This document shows, in pieces, positions 27,425 to 37,486 of a DNA stretch of 64,000 nucleotides. The stretch covers positions 256,001-320,000 of the forward strand of contig JAVJQW010000041.1 of assembly GCA_040218735.1 (NCBI GenBank), in the 5' to 3' direction. The notes beneath the pieces are model-generated. The model made no database searches and was not told where the DNA came from. It worked only from the letters and a program-made list of their open reading frames with translations. Made by a program: the position numbers and the translations under genes. How positions within the stretch are numbered: position 1 is the stretch's first letter; each line of letters begins with the position of its first letter. Origin of the DNA: Deltaproteobacteria bacterium. GTDB taxonomy: Bacteria > Myxococcota > Kuafuiibacteriia > Kuafuiibacteriales > Kuafuiibacteriaceae.

Positions 27425-28938
27425 ACGTCGTGCACGGACGTGATCACGCGGGCGACCTGGAGATCACCACGGAGGTCGTCGTGGTGGGCTCGGGCGCGGG
27501 CGGCGCCGTCGTCGCGGCGACGCTCGCCGAGGCGGGCATGGACGTCGTCGTGTTGGAGGAGGGCGGCCACGTCCGCTCCGAAGAACACGCGCGGATGCGG
27601 CCGAGTGAGTCGCTGCGCCACCTGTGGCGCGACGCCGGGTTCACGATGGCGATCGGCCTCGGTCAGTCGCCGATGATCAACGTGATGATGGGGCGGTGCA
27701 TCGGCGGCTCGTCCGCGCTCACCGGCGGCGTGTGTTTTCGCATCCCCGACGCGGTGCTCGCCGACTGGCGCGCGCTCGGGCTCTCCGACTTCACCCCCGA
27801 GCACCTCGAGCCGTTCTACGACGACGTCGAGACGAACGTGCACGTGGAGGAGGTCCCGGTGCAGGCGCGCTCGCGGTCGACGCAGCTCTTCGGGGAGGGC
27901 GCCGAGAAGATGGGGTTCTCGCTCGAGAGCATGCGCCGCAACACCAACGGCTGCGTGGGGTGGGCGACCTGCAACTTCGGTTGCCCCGAGCGCGCGAAGA
28001 TGAGCGTCGACATCAGCTACATCCCGCGCGCGATGAAGGCGGGCGCGGTGGTGCACTCCGATTGCCTCGTCGAACGGGTGCTGACGAAGGGCCGTCGCGC
28101 GGTCGGCGTCGCCGGTCGTGTATTGAATGGACCGAGCGGCAAGCCCGGCGGGCGCCTGCGTGTGAACGCCAAACGCGTCGTGCTCGCGTGCGGCGCGATG
28201 TTCACACCGCTGGTATTGAAGGCGAGCGGGATCGGGAAGCGGAGCGGGCAGGTCGGGCGGAACCTCACGCTGCACCCGGCGTTTCGGATCATGGCGCGCT
28301 TCGACGAGCGGGTCGCCGGTTGGAACGGCGCGCTGCAGAGCGCGTACTCGTCGCACTTCGAGCCGGACGGCATCCAGCTCAACAGTGTGTTCGTGCCGCC
28401 GGCGATCCTCGCCGCGACGCAGCCGGGGATCGCGGACGACCACGTCGCGCGCGCGAAGACGCTGGAGCACCTCGCGATCTTCGGAGCGAACCTCCACGAC
28501 GAAGCGGGCGGCGTCGTGCGGCGCGGGCTCGGTCGCGAGCCGATCGTCACCTACCGCATGGCCAAGAAGGACGCCGCCGCCGTCCCGAAGGCGCTGCGCA
28601 TCGCGGGCGAGACGTTCCTCGCGGCGGGCGCGAAGGAGCTGTTCCTCCCGGTGCTCGGTCTGGAGGGCCTCACGCCCGACGCGTTCCGCGCGCTGGACCT
28701 CGAGAAGATCTCGCCGAAGCGGCTGGAGTGCACCTCGCAGCACCCGCTCGGCACGTGCCGCATGGGCGTGGACGCCAAGGACTCGGTGGTCGACGACCGC
28801 GGCCAGTGCTGGGACGTCGAGGAGCTGTTCGTCACCGACGGCAGCACCGTCCCCACGAGCCTCGGCGTGAATCCGCAGCTCGCGATCATGACGCTCGCGA
28901 CGCGCTTCGCGCAGCGCATGGCGGACCGCCGCCCCTGA
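27421..28938 (+). CDS. GMC family FAD oxidoreductase
   Basis: GTG start, GSGAGG, 'G.CIGGSS', 'VGRNL.LHP', 'HPLGTCRMG' and 'GVNPQ'. Confidence 0.92.
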   Translation: MNVVHGRDHAGDLEITTEVVVVGSGAGGAVVAATLAEAGMDVVVLEEGGHVRSEEHARMRPSESLRHLWRDAGFTMAIGLGQSPMINVMMGRCIGGSSALTGGVCFRIPDAVLADWRALGLSDFTPEHLEPFYDDVETNVHVEEVPVQARSRSTQLFGEGAEKMGFSLESMRRNTNGCVGWATCNFGCPERAKMSVDISYIPRAMKAGAVVHSDCLVERVLTKGRRAVGVAGRVLNGPSGKPGGRLRVNAKRVVLACGAMFTPLVLKASGIGKRSGQVGRNLTLHPAFRIMARFDERVAGWNGALQSAYSSHFEPDGIQLNSVFVPPAILAATQPGIADDHVARAKTLEHLAIFGANLHDEAGGVVRRGLGREPIVTYRMAKKDAAAVPKALRIAGETFLAAGAKELFLPVLGLEGLTPDAFRALDLEKISPKRLECTSQHPLGTCRMGVDAKDSVVDDRGQCWDVEELFVTDGSTVPTSLGVNPQLAIMTLATRFAQRMADRRP

Positions 28939-28980
28939 AATCCTGTTGGCCGTCGAGGCCCGCGCCCCCACAATCGCGTC

Positions 28981-29814
28981 GTGCTCGTCGTGACCCCGAC
29001 CATCGTCGACCGCCTGGTTCGCATCGAAGCGGAGAACCTGCGGTCGAGGCTGCAACACTACGTCGACGGGGATGCGAACCCCTGCGGCGTGCACATGAAG
29101 CGCTTCGGCGACGCGACGGCGTTCATCGCGCTCGACATCCCCACGCGGTTCTTCAACTCGGTGCTCGCCGTGTCGCTCGAGACCGCGAAGCACCTCGACG
29201 CGATCAAAGCGTTCTACGCCGAGCACGGCCGCAAGCCGATCTTCGAGATCGCGCCGGGGCGCTTCGACGAGGCGTTCGGCGAAGCGCTCGCGGAGCGTGG
29301 CTACCGCATGGTGGAGTTCCACACCGGCCTCGCCCGTGAGCTCACGCCCGACGACCGCCACCGCGAAGCGCCGGACGTCGAGCGTGTCGACCCGTTCGAC
29401 GCCGCCGCGTTCGACGCGTGGATCGACGTCTTCAACGAGGGGTGGAGCGGCCCGGGTGATCACTCGGGCGCAAAGTCGAACATGCGGAAGTGGAAGGCGA
29501 ACGACGCGTGGCAGTTCTTCCTCGCGCGGGTCGACGGATCGCCGGCCGGCGCCGCGATCCTCGACGTGCAGGGGCCGACCGCGATGATGGGATCGGCGAG
29601 CACCCCCGAGGCGTTCCGAGGGCGGGGGCTCCAGCGTCAGCTCCTCGACCGCCGCATCGCCGCCGCGGCCGAGGCGGGGTGTGATCTCGTGGTGGGGGGC
29701 TCGTACTTCGACAACGTCAGCATGCGGAACCAGCAGCGCGCGGGCCTGTACACGGCCTTCACGCGCGGCATCTGGACCCACCGCGACGACCCGGCGCCGC
29801 CGCCCTCCCACTGA
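28981..29814 (+). CDS. GNAT family N-acetyltransferase
   Basis: Motif A 'TPEAFRGRGLQ..L' and 'S.RN..RAG'. Confidence 0.88.
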   Translation: MLVVTPTIVDRLVRIEAENLRSRLQHYVDGDANPCGVHMKRFGDATAFIALDIPTRFFNSVLAVSLETAKHLDAIKAFYAEHGRKPIFEIAPGRFDEAFGEALAERGYRMVEFHTGLARELTPDDRHREAPDVERVDPFDAAAFDAWIDVFNEGWSGPGDHSGAKSNMRKWKANDAWQFFLARVDGSPAGAAILDVQGPTAMMGSASTPEAFRGRGLQRQLLDRRIAAAAEAGCDLVVGGSYFDNVSMRNQQRAGLYTAFTRGIWTHRDDPAPPPSH

Positions 29815-29898
29815 ACGCCCGGTGACGGCCCGCACTCGGGGCGCCGCGCCGCGCGGGATTGCTTCTAGCGGAGGGAACCGTGGGGTAGGCTTTCGCCG

Positions 29899-32586
29899 AT
29901 GCAATTCCGCTCGGCACTCCTCCTCTCCTACGCATCCCTGTGCCTCGCCTGCTCCGGCGACGAACCCGAAGTGATCGACTGCTCCCGCGCGGGCGCGTGT
30001 CAGATCACCATCGTCTCCGGCGACATGCAGACCGCGGAGGTCGGCGCGCTCCTGCCCGACGCTCTGGTGGTCAAGGTCACACACGTCGCGTCCAACACGG
30101 TCCCGCCGCCGGTCACACTCGAATGGACCGCGACCGAAGGCGGTGGCTCCCTCACGCCGGACAGCACGGTGATCGACGGCGTCATGGGTGTGGCCCAGAC
30201 CAACGCCACGATCGGCACCGTCGCCGGCGAGACGAGCAACACGTTCACGGTCCAGATCAAGGACCAGCCCGACTCCGCGATCACGTTCGTCGCCGGCGGG
30301 ACCTCCGGCCCGGCGCGGATGATCGAGGTCGTCTCGGGCAGCGGGCAGACCGCAGAAGTCGGCACCGTCCTCCCCGAGCCGCTCGTGGTCCGGGTGGTTG
30401 ATCAGTATGGCAACCCGGTCGCGGATCGCCGCGTCGCGTGGGTCGCGACGGCGGGGGAAGGCGACGTCGAAGGGGAGAGCGCGGCGTCGGACGAAAACGG
30501 CGAAGTCCGCGCTACGGCGACCCTCGGTGAGATCGCCGGCGAGGAGAACAACCTCTACACGGCGACGTCGCCCCAGCTCCCGGGCTCGGCGCGGTTCACG
30601 GCGACGGCGATGCCCGGGGCGGCGGCGATCCTCGAGAAGATCGACGGCGACCGTCAGGGCGGGACTCGGGGCGAGCTGCTCCCGGTGCCGCTCACCGTGC
30701 AGGTCACGGACCTCCTCGGCAACGCGATCGAAGGGGTCACCGTCGAGTTCGAGGCGGGGGTCGGTGACGGCATGATCGAGTCGGCTTCGGTCGTCACGGA
30801 CGACGAGGGCGCCGCATCGACCATCGCGACCCTGGGGCCCGACGCCGGCGAACACGTGTTCACGGCGACGGTCGAAGGGCTCATGGGGTCCCCGGCGGTG
30901 TTCACGGGCATCGCGTTCCCGCCGATCTGCAGCCCGAACGAGTGGTGCTGGGCCAGCCCGATTCCGCAGGGCAACACCATCCGCGGCTCGCACGCGCTCG
31001 CGCCGGACGACGTGTGGATCGTCGGCGACCGCGGCACGACGCTGCGGTGGATCGGCACCGCGTGGGAGGGTTACCTCACCTCGACGGAGGCGAACCTCAA
31101 CGCGGTGTGGGGCGCCGCGGCGGACGACGTGTGGGCGGTCGGCGACGGCGGCACGATCCTTCGCTTCAATGGATTCTCGTGGACGTCGGTCCAGAGCGGA
31201 ACGAGCCTGAACCTGACCGGGATCGCGGGCGCCGGTCCGAACGACATCTGGGCGGTCGGTGACACCGGGACGCTGCTGCACTGGGACGGCACGAACTGGC
31301 TCGGCGCGCAGAGCCCGACGATGGAGAACCTCAACGGGATCACCAAGGCGTCGGACTCGAACTTCTGGGCGGTCGGGGACCGCGCGGTGACGCTGACGCT
31401 CGCGCAGTCGACGTGGGAGATCGTCGACGTCACGGTCACCAACGAGGACCTCAACGCGGTGCACGCGCTCACCGGGACGGACATCTGGGCGGTCGGCGAC
31501 GGCGACACGTACATCCGCTGGAACGGGACGGTCTGGCTCGCCTTCGCCGGCAACAGCCAGTTCGACCTGCGCGACGTCTGGGGCAGCTCGACTTCGCCGA
31601 ACGACGTATGGGCGGTCGGCGACCGCGGGCGCATTCGCCGCTTCGACGGGTCGCGCTGGAACCCGGTCATCTCCCGCACGGCCGACGACCTCAACACGAT
31701 CTCACCGACCTCGCGGGGGCTCCTCGCGGCGGGCAACGGCGGCCTGGTCATGCGACGCGTCGACAACGAGTGGCAGCCGGAGTCACGCCGTCGTCTGCAC
31801 ACGCTCCAGGGGGTGTGGGGCCCCGCGCCCGACGACGTCTGGGCGGTCGGCGCCAACGGCACGATCCTGCACTGGGACGGGGCCGCGTGGACCGACGCGC
31901 CCGAGATCCCCAACGCGCAGATCTACGCGGTGCACGGCAGCGGAACGGACGACGTCTGGGCGGTCGGCGAGCTGGGCTTCGTCACGCACTGGGACGGCTC
32001 GACGTGGTCGTCGATCTCCAGCGGTGCGTCCGTGACGCTCAACGGCATCCACGCGCTGTCGTCCACCCACGCGTTCGCGGTCGGCGCCGAGGGCACGGTG
32101 ATCGAGTGGGACGGCACGTCCTGGTCGAGCGTCGCGGTCCCCACGATGAACACGCTGTACGGCGTGTGGGCGGCGCACGGCGGCGACGTCTGGGTCTTCG
32201 GCGACTTCGGCGCCGTGCTCCACTACGACGGCACCGCGTGGGTCGCGCGCGCCGACATCACCACGGAGTCCTTCCTCGGCGTGCGCGGGACCGCCGCGAA
32301 CGACATCTGGGCGTTCGGCGTGAACGGCGCGCTGTTGCACTACAACGGCACCGACTGGATGCCGGTCGCGAGCAACACCACCGCGACGCTCTTCGGGATG
32401 TCCGTCGCACCGAACAACGACCTCTGGCTGTCCGGAGACGGCGGGACGGTCCTTCGTTTCAATGGAAGCCTGTGGGTGCGTCAGAACACCGGCACGGCCA
32501 ACACGCTCTACGGCATCTTCTCCCCCGAGGCGGGGGACACTTGGGTCGTCGGCGAGAGCGCGACCATCCTCCGCCAGAACCCCTGA
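29899..32586 (+). CDS. Lipoprotein with three Ig-like domains and a repeat beta-propeller
   Basis: Lipobox CLAC, three 'SGD.Q....G..LP.PL.V.V' repeats and many 'DVWAVG..G..LHWDG..W' repeats. Confidence 0.88.
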   Translation: MQFRSALLLSYASLCLACSGDEPEVIDCSRAGACQITIVSGDMQTAEVGALLPDALVVKVTHVASNTVPPPVTLEWTATEGGGSLTPDSTVIDGVMGVAQTNATIGTVAGETSNTFTVQIKDQPDSAITFVAGGTSGPARMIEVVSGSGQTAEVGTVLPEPLVVRVVDQYGNPVADRRVAWVATAGEGDVEGESAASDENGEVRATATLGEIAGEENNLYTATSPQLPGSARFTATAMPGAAAILEKIDGDRQGGTRGELLPVPLTVQVTDLLGNAIEGVTVEFEAGVGDGMIESASVVTDDEGAASTIATLGPDAGEHVFTATVEGLMGSPAVFTGIAFPPICSPNEWCWASPIPQGNTIRGSHALAPDDVWIVGDRGTTLRWIGTAWEGYLTSTEANLNAVWGAAADDVWAVGDGGTILRFNGFSWTSVQSGTSLNLTGIAGAGPNDIWAVGDTGTLLHWDGTNWLGAQSPTMENLNGITKASDSNFWAVGDRAVTLTLAQSTWEIVDVTVTNEDLNAVHALTGTDIWAVGDGDTYIRWNGTVWLAFAGNSQFDLRDVWGSSTSPNDVWAVGDRGRIRRFDGSRWNPVISRTADDLNTISPTSRGLLAAGNGGLVMRRVDNEWQPESRRRLHTLQGVWGPAPDDVWAVGANGTILHWDGAAWTDAPEIPNAQIYAVHGSGTDDVWAVGELGFVTHWDGSTWSSISSGASVTLNGIHALSSTHAFAVGAEGTVIEWDGTSWSSVAVPTMNTLYGVWAAHGGDVWVFGDFGAVLHYDGTAWVARADITTESFLGVRGTAANDIWAFGVNGALLHYNGTDWMPVASNTTATLFGMSVAPNNDLWLSGDGGTVLRFNGSLWVRQNTGTANTLYGIFSPEAGDTWVVGESATILRQNP

Positions 32587-32590
32587 CGGC

Positions 32591-33901
32591 TCACCAGGTT
32601 TCGAGGCGCGGCGTGGCGTTCTTCGCCACCGCCGCGCGATCGATCTTCCCGGTCGCGTTCGTCGCGAAAGCTTCGACCATCGCGATCCGACGCGGGTGTT
32701 TGAAGCGCGCGAGGCCGGTGAGCTCTTCGCGCGACGGGCGCCGACCGATCAGCGCCGCGACGATCTGCGTCCCCCACGTCGCGTCGTCGACACCGAACAC
32801 CACCGCGTCGGTGACACCCGCGAGCGCGCGCAGCGCCTCCTCGACCTCGAAGGGGTGCACGTTCTCGCCGCCGGTCACGAGCACACCGTCGCGACGCCCG
32901 AGCACGTGTAGGCGTCCTTCGTCGTCGAGCCAGCCGGCGTCCCGCGTGTGGAGCCAGCCGTCCACGATCGGGGATGGCTCACCCGTCGTGTAGCCCAACA
33001 TGAGCGTCGGTCCGCGCACGAGGATCTCGTCGTTCTCGATCCGAACGTCGACGCCCGAGATGGGGGGCCCTACGCCGCCGTCGGGATCGACCGGGGTCCC
33101 ATAGCGCTGCGTCGCCACCTGAGCGCTCGCCTCGGTGAGCCCGTACGTCGTGAGCACCGGCCACCCACGCGACGCCGCCTCCTGCAACAGTATTCGCGGC
33201 GCCGACGCGCCGCCGAGGAGGATCGCGCGGAGGCTCTTGGGCAGCGTAGTGTGCTCGCGCAGGAGACGGTCGAGCTGGGTCGGGACGACCGAGACGATCG
33301 AGGGCTCGAGGGTGTCGATGGCCTCGAGCGGACCGAGGGTCACGGCGCGCCGTCCGAGGAGGCAGCGCACGAGGATCGAGAAACCGCCGACGTGGGCGAG
33401 CGGCAGGTCGAGGTGCCAACGGTCCCCGGGTCTCCACCCGAGGTTCGCGGCGCTCGCGCTTGCGGCGGCGATGAAGGCACCACGCGAGATCGCGACGCCC
33501 TTCGGCGCGCCGCTCGAGCCGGAGGTGGCGAAGATCGCGAGCGTCGTGTCCGGGGCGATCGGCGCACCGAGCGACACGGGTGTCGTCGCCGGTTCGACGT
33601 CGTCGATCGCTGTAGCGTTGTGCAACACCCGGAACCGTTCGCGCTCTGTCCAAGTCCACCGCGGGTGGAGCATGACGAGCGGGACACCGAGCTCGATCGC
33701 GGCGAGCGCGCGCAAGATGGTGTCGACGCGCGGGTGTCCGACGAGGGCTGCGCGCTCGCCGTCTCGAACCGCGGCACGTATCCCGCTCGCAAGTAGACGA
33801 ACGTGGTCGGCGACGGTCTCGAAACGGTAGGTCGAGCCGTCGACGATCGCGACGTCACCCCCTGTCACCTGTCGCGCGTCTTGGGTGCTGAGTGTCGTCA
33901 C
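32591..33901 (-). CDS. menE: o-succinylbenzoate-CoA ligase-like AMP-binding enzyme
   Basis: 'TSGSSGAPKGV', 'LPLAHVGG', 'LLGG', 'TYGLTE.SAQ', 'GGENVHP.EVE' and 'TGKIDR'. Confidence 0.78.
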   Translation of the reverse strand: MTTLSTQDARQVTGGDVAIVDGSTYRFETVADHVRLLASGIRAAVRDGERAALVGHPRVDTILRALAAIELGVPLVMLHPRWTWTERERFRVLHNATAIDDVEPATTPVSLGAPIAPDTTLAIFATSGSSGAPKGVAISRGAFIAAASASAANLGWRPGDRWHLDLPLAHVGGFSILVRCLLGRRAVTLGPLEAIDTLEPSIVSVVPTQLDRLLREHTTLPKSLRAILLGGASAPRILLQEAASRGWPVLTTYGLTEASAQVATQRYGTPVDPDGGVGPPISGVDVRIENDEILVRGPTLMLGYTTGEPSPIVDGWLHTRDAGWLDDEGRLHVLGRRDGVLVTGGENVHPFEVEEALRALAGVTDAVVFGVDDATWGTQIVAALIGRRPSREELTGLARFKHPRRIAMVEAFATNATGKIDRAAVAKNATPRLETW

Positions 33902-34075
33902 GGTGACTCCACCGATGGTGCACTATCGCGCGCTCGCGCTGAATACGAAGTGCTTCGTCGCAACGTGGATCGTCCGGGACGAAAGAAACCCGTTCCAAAG
34001 TACGTGCATCGCGCGAGGGAGTTGTTATGCTGACTCGCGTCTAGGCCGGGGGGGCCTAACACACCAAGGCGTTTC

Positions 34076-36310
34076 ATGAGCAGTGTGTTGGAACCTCCTT
34101 GCTCGTACGGCAAATACGAGCTCCTCGAGCTGATCGGCAGCGGCGGCATGGCCGAAGTGTATCGGGCGTCGATGCCCGGCATCGCCGGTTTCGCCAAAAC
34201 GGTCGTCATCAAACGTCTTCGTCCTTCGCGCGCGCGCGACGAACAGTGCCGCAATCTCTTCATCGAGGAAGCGAAGCTCGCCGCGCAGGTCCAACACAAG
34301 AACGTGGTTCAGGTGTTCGAGCTGGGGTCACTCGGCGACGAGGAGTTGTTCATGGCGATGGAGTGGGTCGACGGGATCGATCTTCGGCGTTTGCAACGCC
34401 TCGTGCATCGAAAGGGCAAGATGCTCCCCCCGTGGTTCGCGCTGCGCGTGACGATGGAAGTGCTCGAGGCGCTCGCGTTTGCGTACGACCTCGAAGACCG
34501 GCGCGGTGTCCGGCGCAACGTCGTCCACTGCGATGTCGCGCCGGACAACATCTTCATCGCGCGCTCCGGTGACGTGAAGCTGGGCGACTTCGGCGTCGCG
34601 ACGGACGACACCCGAGGCGCAACGCGCCGCAGCGGCTTCTCCGGGAAGGCGCCGTACGCGGCGCCGGAGGTCCTCGGCGGTGCGCGACCGGGTCCGCGCG
34701 CCGACGTCTTCTCGACGGGCGTCGTGCTCTGGGAGTGCCTGACGGGGCACCGCTTGTTCTTCGCCGACACGGACCGCGAAGCGATGTCCCGTGTCTGCGT
34801 GGGCGACCGCCCGCCGCCGTCGTCGTTCGCCCCGGACATCCCGCCGATGCTCGACGCGCTCGTCCTGCAGGCGCTCGAGGCGCACGAGGAGCGACGCATC
34901 CCGAGCGCGCTGAAGTTCCGCGACGCGCTCGCGCCGATCTACGAGCGCCTCTGCCCCACGGGGGTGAACGTCCACATGCCCGCGGCGATCAAACACCTGA
35001 TCGGTGACGAGGACGAGTGGCGCGCGATTCCACTCGGCGGCGTGGTGCTCCCGCGCTTCGAGCCGGTGCTCGAGATCGACGACGACGACGACGACGTCGA
35101 CGACGTGTTCGCCTATGACGACGAACCGGAGCCGACGCCGTCGACCGACGACATCGTCTACTCGTTCATCCGCCCGCGTGACACGGCGGACCTCGAAGGT
35201 CCCGCGGCGCCGGTCGAGATCCCGATGCCCGCGCGCCTCCCGCCGCCGCGGATTCAGGGCCCGTCGGGTCCCGTGCCGACGGCGGAGATCGTCGCGCCCA
35301 TCGAAGCGCTCCCGGGGGATCGCGAGACCCACGAGGTGCTCTCGCCGATCGGGTACCACCCGTCCGGGACGCTCACGATCAGCCACGCGCTTCACACCAC
35401 GGGGCCCATCAACGCCCTCCAAGCGCTGTCCGTCCTCGAAGAGATCGCCGCGCGTGGTTTCGGAACGCGGGCGGACGTCAGCGGGGACGGTCGACGGTGG
35501 ATGACGTGGCAGCGTTACCTCGAGCTCCTCGACGAGGCGTTGGTGCTCCCGTCCGGCAAGCTCCCGGTGAACATGTTCTCCGGCTCGTTGGAGCAGCACA
35601 GCCTGACGGCGCTCTTCGGCCAGCTCGCCCGCACGAAGGCGACCGGGCGCCTCATCGTGGTGCGCAACGCGACCGGCGGGGTCACGCGCTTCGAAGTTCA
35701 CATCCGCGACGGAGAGCTGATGCGTGTTCGTTCGAACCATCGTGCGTTCGACGCCTTCCAGATGCTGATCGAGCTCCCGGAGCTGCGTCCGACGACGCTC
35801 GCCGTCGAGCTCCAGCAGGTCGCGAACTTCGCGACGCCGCTCGCGGACCTCGCGTCCTACGACGTCCACCACGCGCTCCACCGGAGCCGAGGCCGCCGCA
35901 CGCAGGAGCTGCTCACGGAGCTCTTTTCGTGGTCGTCGGGCCAGTTCGGTTTCCAGCCGGACGCGGAGGTCGCCACCGGCTCGGGGCGCCCGCTGCTGCG
36001 GGTCCTCGTGGGGCTCGTCTCACGGGTGCTCTCACCGGACATGCTCCGCGCGCGTATCCGCGACCTGTGGCACGTCCCGCTCATGCGTACGCCGGTCTTC
36101 CACAGCGACGCGAGAGCGCTCGGACTGGGGTCGGGCTTCGCGAGCCCCGTCGGTCCGTTCGGTCAGGGCCGCACCCTCGTGGAGGCGCTGTCCCTCGCGG
36201 CGGAGCGCTCCGACGAAAACGTCGCGCTCGCCGTCGCCTATCTGCTCGTCGAGCTCGGCCTGGTGCGGCCTGCGCATCAGAACGAGGTCGCGCCGTCCCG
36301 CCCGCGGTAG
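34076..36310 (+). CDS. Eukaryotic-like Ser/Thr protein kinase with C-terminal DUF4388-like domain
   Basis: GSGGMA, VVIK, HCDVAPDN, DFG, APE. C-terminal 'TGRL.V....G' and 'LFSW..GQF.F'. Confidence 0.9.
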   Translation: MSSVLEPPCSYGKYELLELIGSGGMAEVYRASMPGIAGFAKTVVIKRLRPSRARDEQCRNLFIEEAKLAAQVQHKNVVQVFELGSLGDEELFMAMEWVDGIDLRRLQRLVHRKGKMLPPWFALRVTMEVLEALAFAYDLEDRRGVRRNVVHCDVAPDNIFIARSGDVKLGDFGVATDDTRGATRRSGFSGKAPYAAPEVLGGARPGPRADVFSTGVVLWECLTGHRLFFADTDREAMSRVCVGDRPPPSSFAPDIPPMLDALVLQALEAHEERRIPSALKFRDALAPIYERLCPTGVNVHMPAAIKHLIGDEDEWRAIPLGGVVLPRFEPVLEIDDDDDDVDDVFAYDDEPEPTPSTDDIVYSFIRPRDTADLEGPAAPVEIPMPARLPPPRIQGPSGPVPTAEIVAPIEALPGDRETHEVLSPIGYHPSGTLTISHALHTTGPINALQALSVLEEIAARGFGTRADVSGDGRRWMTWQRYLELLDEALVLPSGKLPVNMFSGSLEQHSLTALFGQLARTKATGRLIVVRNATGGVTRFEVHIRDGELMRVRSNHRAFDAFQMLIELPELRPTTLAVELQQVANFATPLADLASYDVHHALHRSRGRRTQELLTELFSWSSGQFGFQPDAEVATGSGRPLLRVLVGLVSRVLSPDMLRARIRDLWHVPLMRTPVFHSDARALGLGSGFASPVGPFGQGRTLVEALSLAAERSDENVALAVAYLLVELGLVRPAHQNEVAPSRPR

Positions 36311-36319
36311 AGTCCGCGC

Positions 36320-37459
36320 GTGTTGCTTCCGTTCGAGGTCCTCGCGCAGGACGAGCGCGCCCGTACGGGGCGCATCGAGACGCGCCACGGAACGATCGAG
36401 ACCCCCGCGTTCATGACCGTCGGCACGCGCGCCACGGTGACCGGCCTCGACGCCGAAGATCTTCAGCGCGTCCAGACGCAGGTCGTCCTCGGGAACACGT
36501 ACCACCTGATGTTGCGCCCCGGGCAGGAGGCCTTCGAACGCGTCGGCGGGCTGCACGCGTTCATGGGGTGGAGCGGACCGATCCTCACCGACTCGGGAGG
36601 GTTCCAGATCTTCTCGCTCGCGTCGGACCGCACGATCTCGGAGCGCGGCGCGCGGTTCAAGAGTTACACCGACGGGCGGGTGCACATGCTCTCGCCGGAG
36701 CGCTCGATCGCGATCCAGTCGGCGCTCGGCTCGGACATCATGATGGTGCTCGACGTGTGCCTCGACTCGCGCAGCGACGAAGCCGCGATGCGCGACGCGA
36801 TGGAGCGCACCCACCGTTGGGCGCTGCGCTCGCTCGCCGCGCGCGAGGACGAGGGGCAGGCGCTCTTCGCGATCGTACAGGGCGGGGTGGTGCCCGAGCT
36901 CCGCGAAGCGTCCGCGGCGTTCCTGACGGAGCACCCGTTCGACGGCTTCGCGATCGGCGGCCTCGCGGTCGGCGAGGAGCGTTCGCGTCGGGAGGAGGTC
37001 ACGCACTACGCCGCCCAGCTGCTCCCGGCGGAGCGACCGCGTTACCTGATGGGGGTGGGGACGCCGGTCGATCTCCTGGTGGCGGTCGGCGCGGGGATCG
37101 ACATGTTCGACTGCATGCTCCCGACGCACCTCGCGTGGCAGGGCACCGCGTTCACGTCGACGGGGCGGGTGCGTGTGAAGCGCGCCGCGCTCGCCGACGC
37201 CGACGTCCCGCTCGACGCCGACTGCCCGTGCCTCGCCTGCACGCGGTTCACGCGGGCCTACCTGCACCACCTCTTCGCGTGTAAGGAGCCGCTCGGGTAT
37301 CGCCTCGTCTCCCTCCACAACCTCACGCACTACAACCGCCTGATGGCCGACGCCCGGGCGGCGATTCGGGACGGCCGGTACGCGGCGTTCGCGGCGGACC
37401 GCATCGAACGCATCGATCGCCACGAACACAGCGACAAGCGGATCGGCGCGGGTCGGTGA
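36320..37459 (+). CDS. tgt: tRNA-guanine transglycosylase
   Basis: 'NTYHL', 'LTDSGGFQ', 'IVQGG', 'GGLAVGE', 'DMFDC' and Zn site 'CPCLAC...HNL'. Confidence 0.92.
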   Translation: MLLPFEVLAQDERARTGRIETRHGTIETPAFMTVGTRATVTGLDAEDLQRVQTQVVLGNTYHLMLRPGQEAFERVGGLHAFMGWSGPILTDSGGFQIFSLASDRTISERGARFKSYTDGRVHMLSPERSIAIQSALGSDIMMVLDVCLDSRSDEAAMRDAMERTHRWALRSLAAREDEGQALFAIVQGGVVPELREASAAFLTEHPFDGFAIGGLAVGEERSRREEVTHYAAQLLPAERPRYLMGVGTPVDLLVAVGAGIDMFDCMLPTHLAWQGTAFTSTGRVRVKRAALADADVPLDADCPCLACTRFTRAYLHHLFACKEPLGYRLVSLHNLTHYNRLMADARAAIRDGRYAAFAADRIERIDRHEHSDKRIGAGR

Positions 37460-37486
37460 CGGCGAAAGACCTGCTAATGTAGGGGC

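Noticed and set aside
27358-31464. 1368-aa minus-strand ORF, and other long R/A/G-rich ORFs such as 1902-3926, 41190-43229 and 46111-48117
   Set aside because: These are antisense or frame-shadow ORFs of well-supported genes, expected in high-GC DNA, and carry no motifs.
31000-32560. Regularly spaced 'tgggcggtcggc' repeats resembling an array
   Set aside because: They are in-frame WAVG propeller repeats inside a CDS, not CRISPR repeats and spacers.
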